In this document: positions 59,983-64,000 of the stretch, piece after piece
Layout of the letters: every line of letters begins with the position of its first letter
How positions within the stretch are numbered: the stretch's first letter is position 1
Notes under the pieces: model-generated
Database searches by the model: none
What the model was told of the DNA's origin: nothing
What the model saw: the letters and a program-made list of their open reading frames with translations, nothing else
Made by a program: the position numbers and the translations under genes
From: Phyllosticta citribraziliensis
Lineage: Eukaryota
DNA length: 64,000 bases
Direction of reading: 5' to 3'
NCBI RefSeq assembly: GCF_038025025.1
Contig: NW_027117338.1
Location: forward strand, 868,001 to 932,000

Positions 59983-60604
59983 TCATGCCGACACGGGCTT
60001 CTCGTCCGCCGTCAGAATGCCCTTCTCGACCAGGTCCTCGGGCTTGGGGCGGCTCTTGAGGGCATTCTCGAGCTTGTCGGCACGCATGTTGTGCTCGAGC
60101 TCCAGCTGATGGGCCTGGAGCGCGGGAGCGGCGGTGGAGTCGGGAAGGATGTGGCCTAACAGAGTGAGTCGCGACATGCAACGTGGAGGACAGAGGGATG
60201 AGGAAGTTCAGGGGTTAGCGCATGGAGAAGAACCTACGCTGAACCAGCGTCTCGCGGTCGGGGCGATGCGCAATGCCCTTCTTCAAGTTGTCGGCAATCT
60301 GCTGGCGCTCGAGCTCGAGCTGCTTCTGCTGGAGAGCGCTGTCGGACGAGGTACGCGACCCCGGATCAGCACGAGTAGCGAGGATGCGGGTGACGGACAA
60401 GGAGCATTCAGGGGCCGAGGCTGCAGCAGGCAAAGGAACTCACGGAGCAGCGTTGGTGTCGAGCAGAATGTGGCGGTTCTTCAAGTCCTGCGCGTCGGGG
60501 CGCTTTTGCAGGTGCTTCTCGAGCGAGTTGCGGCGCTCAGGGCCAGCAGCAACGGGCGAGATGGACGCGGTGTCGACGATGGGGGTTTCGGATTCGGTCG
60601 CCAT
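59983..60604 (-). CDS. Small fungal RPEL-repeat protein (three repeats); 3 exons
   Basis: LEKHLQKRPDAQDLKNRHIL, LKKGIAHRPDRETLVQRHIL and LENALKSRPKPEDLVEKGIL. Introns at 60339-60443 and about 60156-60237. Confidence 0.88.
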
Positions 60605-61534
60605 GGTGAGTAGTTGTCTGGGCGCAACGGGGTTGTCGGGAGCTGTGGTGCGGGGAAGTAGTCGAGGGAGCAGAGCGAGAAGGGATGATGTAGAAGTAGT
60701 GTACAGTACTGGCGTGGCCTCGGGACAGGGTGGTGTGAGTAGGTCAGTCCGGTGGGTACCTTATGGGTATGGGTCGGGAGGCGTTGACCTGGAGATCATG
60801 TGTGTTGTTTCGCGTTTTGGCTTCTGGGCAGGATGCAGCTCGTGAGCTGTCGATTTGGGGAAGGGGACCGCTGGAAGGTGGAGCTGCGACTGGGGCTGGG
60901 GCTGCGCGGCGATCCATCCTCAGCCCCGCAAACAGGCAGCCTGCCCTGCCCTGCGAGCCTGCCCTGACCGCCTGCCGCTTGCGACCGACCGACGACATTT
61001 CTTCATCGACCTAGAGAACCTGGAGAACCTGTCAAAACATCTGCCACCTCCAACGGTTCGGCGTGCCCATCCCGTGGTTGGTGACATGCTAGTTTCGGGC
61101 GCAATGTCCACGGGTTGCCTGTCCGTTGCATCATTCGCCCGCCGTCCGCTCAGAGTTGCGTTTCGTTCGCCTTGCTCAGCCCTATTGTTTCCCACGGTAG
61201 CCCGCCGTGCTCAATCCGAACAAAGAAAGGGCTGCCGAGATTAGCAGCGACTCGCCATCTTCGGTGGGACTGATGGCGACCACTGAGGCCCGGTACTCAA
61301 GGGTGTCTGGCGCGGCTTTTGTTGATCCAGCCTCCAGCTGAAGAACCGTCTTATAAAATCACTCACTCGCCCAGCCTTGTAGACCAGATCCACTGGTGTT
61401 GATTTCTATACATCTAGCCTGCTGTTGAACTCGCACCTCACGATAGGTGGTGCCTTCCGAATAGGCTCGAGGCCATATTTGGAACGACCGTCAAGCTTTT
61501 TGACTTGGCTTTGTCTACGCCAAAAACGACCGTC

Positions 61535-62339
61535 ATGCTAAGACTTTTCTTAACGTTGTTGCTCGTAACCTTCCTCTGGACTAGTCATGCGTAAGTCTTC
61601 TTCATTCCTTGTTCGTCGTCGTCCTGCACGGGCGTCGCCGGCGACGGAGCCCCAAAGCAACCAGTCGCTCACGTCACCATCCAGCTCCGCATCTCCACCC
61701 ATTCGACCGTTTCCCACAAGCAACAATGCCACCCTGAAGCTTGGCCTCGGCGCATTCCTCACTCCTCCGCCGACTGGAGCCCTCGGTGCTGCGGCGACCG
61801 GTAACAATGTCGGCGGCCTTCGGAGCAGCCCGACTTGCACTACCAAGATCTTCGCTGGCGGGAAGTACGGGCCTCTAAGCAGACCGGAATGTACCTTTTA
61901 CGACAGCTATACCACCATGACTGAGTATGTCGACTGCGGAGGCTGCGCGTTGGAGAAGGTATCATTCGGCCATGGTCCAGTAAGTTCTCCATAAAATGGT
62001 ACAAAGGGCATCACAGCGTAATTGTGGGGGAAGATTTTCATTTTTGATATTTTTTTCAACGCCTTGTCCAAGTGCTTACAACAGCTCCTCTCAACCCGTT
62101 CTTTCAAAACCAGATCGATACTCGGTCTGCAAGATCCTGCAACTAACACATCCCGTCGCTTCTAGGTCGTCAAATGCGGCAAATACGTCAACCTGCCCGT
62201 CGGCACCATCACAGCTACAAGCTGCAAAGAGGACCGAGGCGGTGCTGCTCCACCCACTGGAAACCCGCCAAAGCCGCCACGGGTTGTTCAGCGTCCTCCC
62301 GCTGGTGGTGGCTACGAAGGCGGGATGGGCTGGTGGTAG
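61535..62339 (+). CDS. Small secreted protein (174 aa, 6 Cys, VDCGGC motif); 3 exons
   Basis: Signal peptide MLRLFLTLLLVTFLWTSHA. GTAAGT-donor introns at 61591-61684 and 61980-62165 give a 525-nt CDS: ...PTCTTK...ECTFY...YVDCGGCALEKVSFGHGPVVKC...TSCK...GMGWW*. Confidence 0.75.
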
Positions 62340-64000
62340 ATTGGTTGGATCATTGTGCAGGCGGTTTCCTGTTTGGCGGCACTTGGCCATGATGACGGCG
62401 CCTGCGGCGCTACATGATTGATTCGAGTTGGTTTTCCTCGAGCATGACTTCATCTTTCGATGTACATTGTTTCTGGTCCAAAAGCTGGTCTTGCGCAATC
62501 CAATTGTTGCGATCACCCTAGCCTTTATGCCTCTACTCAGCAGTTTGATAGGTCAAACATCGAATACCGGTCACTGCATTTCTCCGTCAATACATCCAAC
62601 CTGTCAAATTTCAGGACTAAGGCCAGAAATAACAAAAAGACAAGCAAGAATAAAAAGGAAAGATACACAGTCAGATGAGTGCTCGACCACGACCATCACC
62701 TGCATCTACAAGAACCCGACAGAAGCGAACCAATGACAGATCCAGGGCACGCAAACCAAGCCAACCTGCCTGCCAGGCAAGCGAACCGAGCGAGCGAGCC
62801 AGGACCCAGTCATCTAGCGTGCATGCATCCATCCATGCGGACATGCATCTACCCCAGCGATCGGAAGAAACCCTGCACGCCCCCCGCCCGCCGTTGCGGC
62901 AGCCATCCAGCATCGAACCAGCCAGGGCACCACCACTGACCCGACGCATCCTTGTCCTTCCATCACCAGCGCGCGAGAGAGCGTTGTCAGTCGCCAGTCG
63001 TCAAGTCCCGGACCGCTCGGCCCACTCTGCTTTCACGGGGAAGCCGGTGGTTGCTGCGTTCTCGCCTCCCTTTCCCGTTGGCATGTTCATGTGCTATGGT
63101 GATGAGACGAGGTGATGGTCGTCATTTGATGATCACTTGACTTGGTTGTGTTTGCGACTGGTGCTAAACGCAGACCATCCACATCGGTCGTGAGTTTGCG
63201 ACATGTACCTAGCAATACAAGAGGACTTCTCCGCCGCCACCGCCGTTGTCAATGTTTTCGGGCGGGCGCCAAACCAGTCATCGCGACCACGCATCCATGT
63301 CTGCGTGGGACGAGGCGAGGTGAGACAGGACGGGGATGGAAGGGGAGATTGAGATGAGGCGAGCGAGCTCGCTCCAGCCTGTCGAACACCACCACCATCA
63401 CCACCGCCACAACCACTTCTCATCTCTTCCATGGACCAAACGGAACAAACACAAACACAAAAACGTTTGCCCCCCCCCTCTGTTTTCTCTCCGCATCCCA
63501 GCACAATCGACCTGCTTCTCCACGCAACATGCGAAGATATCTGACCCCTGTCCTTGTTCTTCGTCCTACTCCTCCCCTGAAATTCGCCGCCGCTGCCGCC
63601 AATCAGATTGACGCGTCGACCGTCCCCCACCCCTCGTTTCGCGTTCAGTGGAATTTTCAAATGAAAGGAGCAGGCAGCGTTGAGGGGAAAGGCGACGAAG
63701 CAAGCCAGCCAACTGACCAAACAATAAGTCAATCCCAGAAGAAACTTCATGGTTCTCTCGCGCAGCGTCTCTGCGGTGAACGTTGTAGCGCGCTGTCGCT
63801 TAGCAACGGCGAACACGTGCAGATGTGCCTGAGGTACCGGCTTGGTCTAGTGAGTAGGAGGGCAGACAGGCGATAGCAATGACATGGCGCAGTACAGCGC
63901 AGCATCGTTTGGCCGGTTACTGCAAAGTGGCGGGGAAGAAGTGCATGTACGCGTACAGCCATCGGCAGCAGCATGATGCACAGGTGCTTGTACAGCGCGA

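Overview
This is a gene-dense window of a filamentous ascomycete (Pezizomycotina, probably a Dothideomycete; inferred from protein families and short GT-AG introns with CTRAC branch points). I can support about 25 protein-coding genes. Housekeeping genes include ETR1 (partial), RAD26, ERG13, SWC3, MEF1, NMT1 and DNA polymerase kappa. Plant-wall and uronic-acid genes are a frameshifted CE8 pectin methylesterase, a GH93 arabinanase, and a DUF2264/GH154-like enzyme paired divergently with a GatA/GAT-1-like transporter. There are also a GST, a CYP52-clan P450, two alpha/beta hydrolases, an SDR, an RPEL protein, a bacterial-looking DUF952 gene and two small secreted Cys-rich proteins. The most striking unexplained signal is non-coding: a dispersed GGGAGCATTCAAG-type motif in co-oriented clusters with recurring 33-, 38- or 49-bp spacing. 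It occurs in intergenic gaps, in unusually long introns, and inside a ~200-bp element present twice. No tRNA, rRNA, CRISPR or transposase was recognised. All family assignments come from motif recognition, not database searches.
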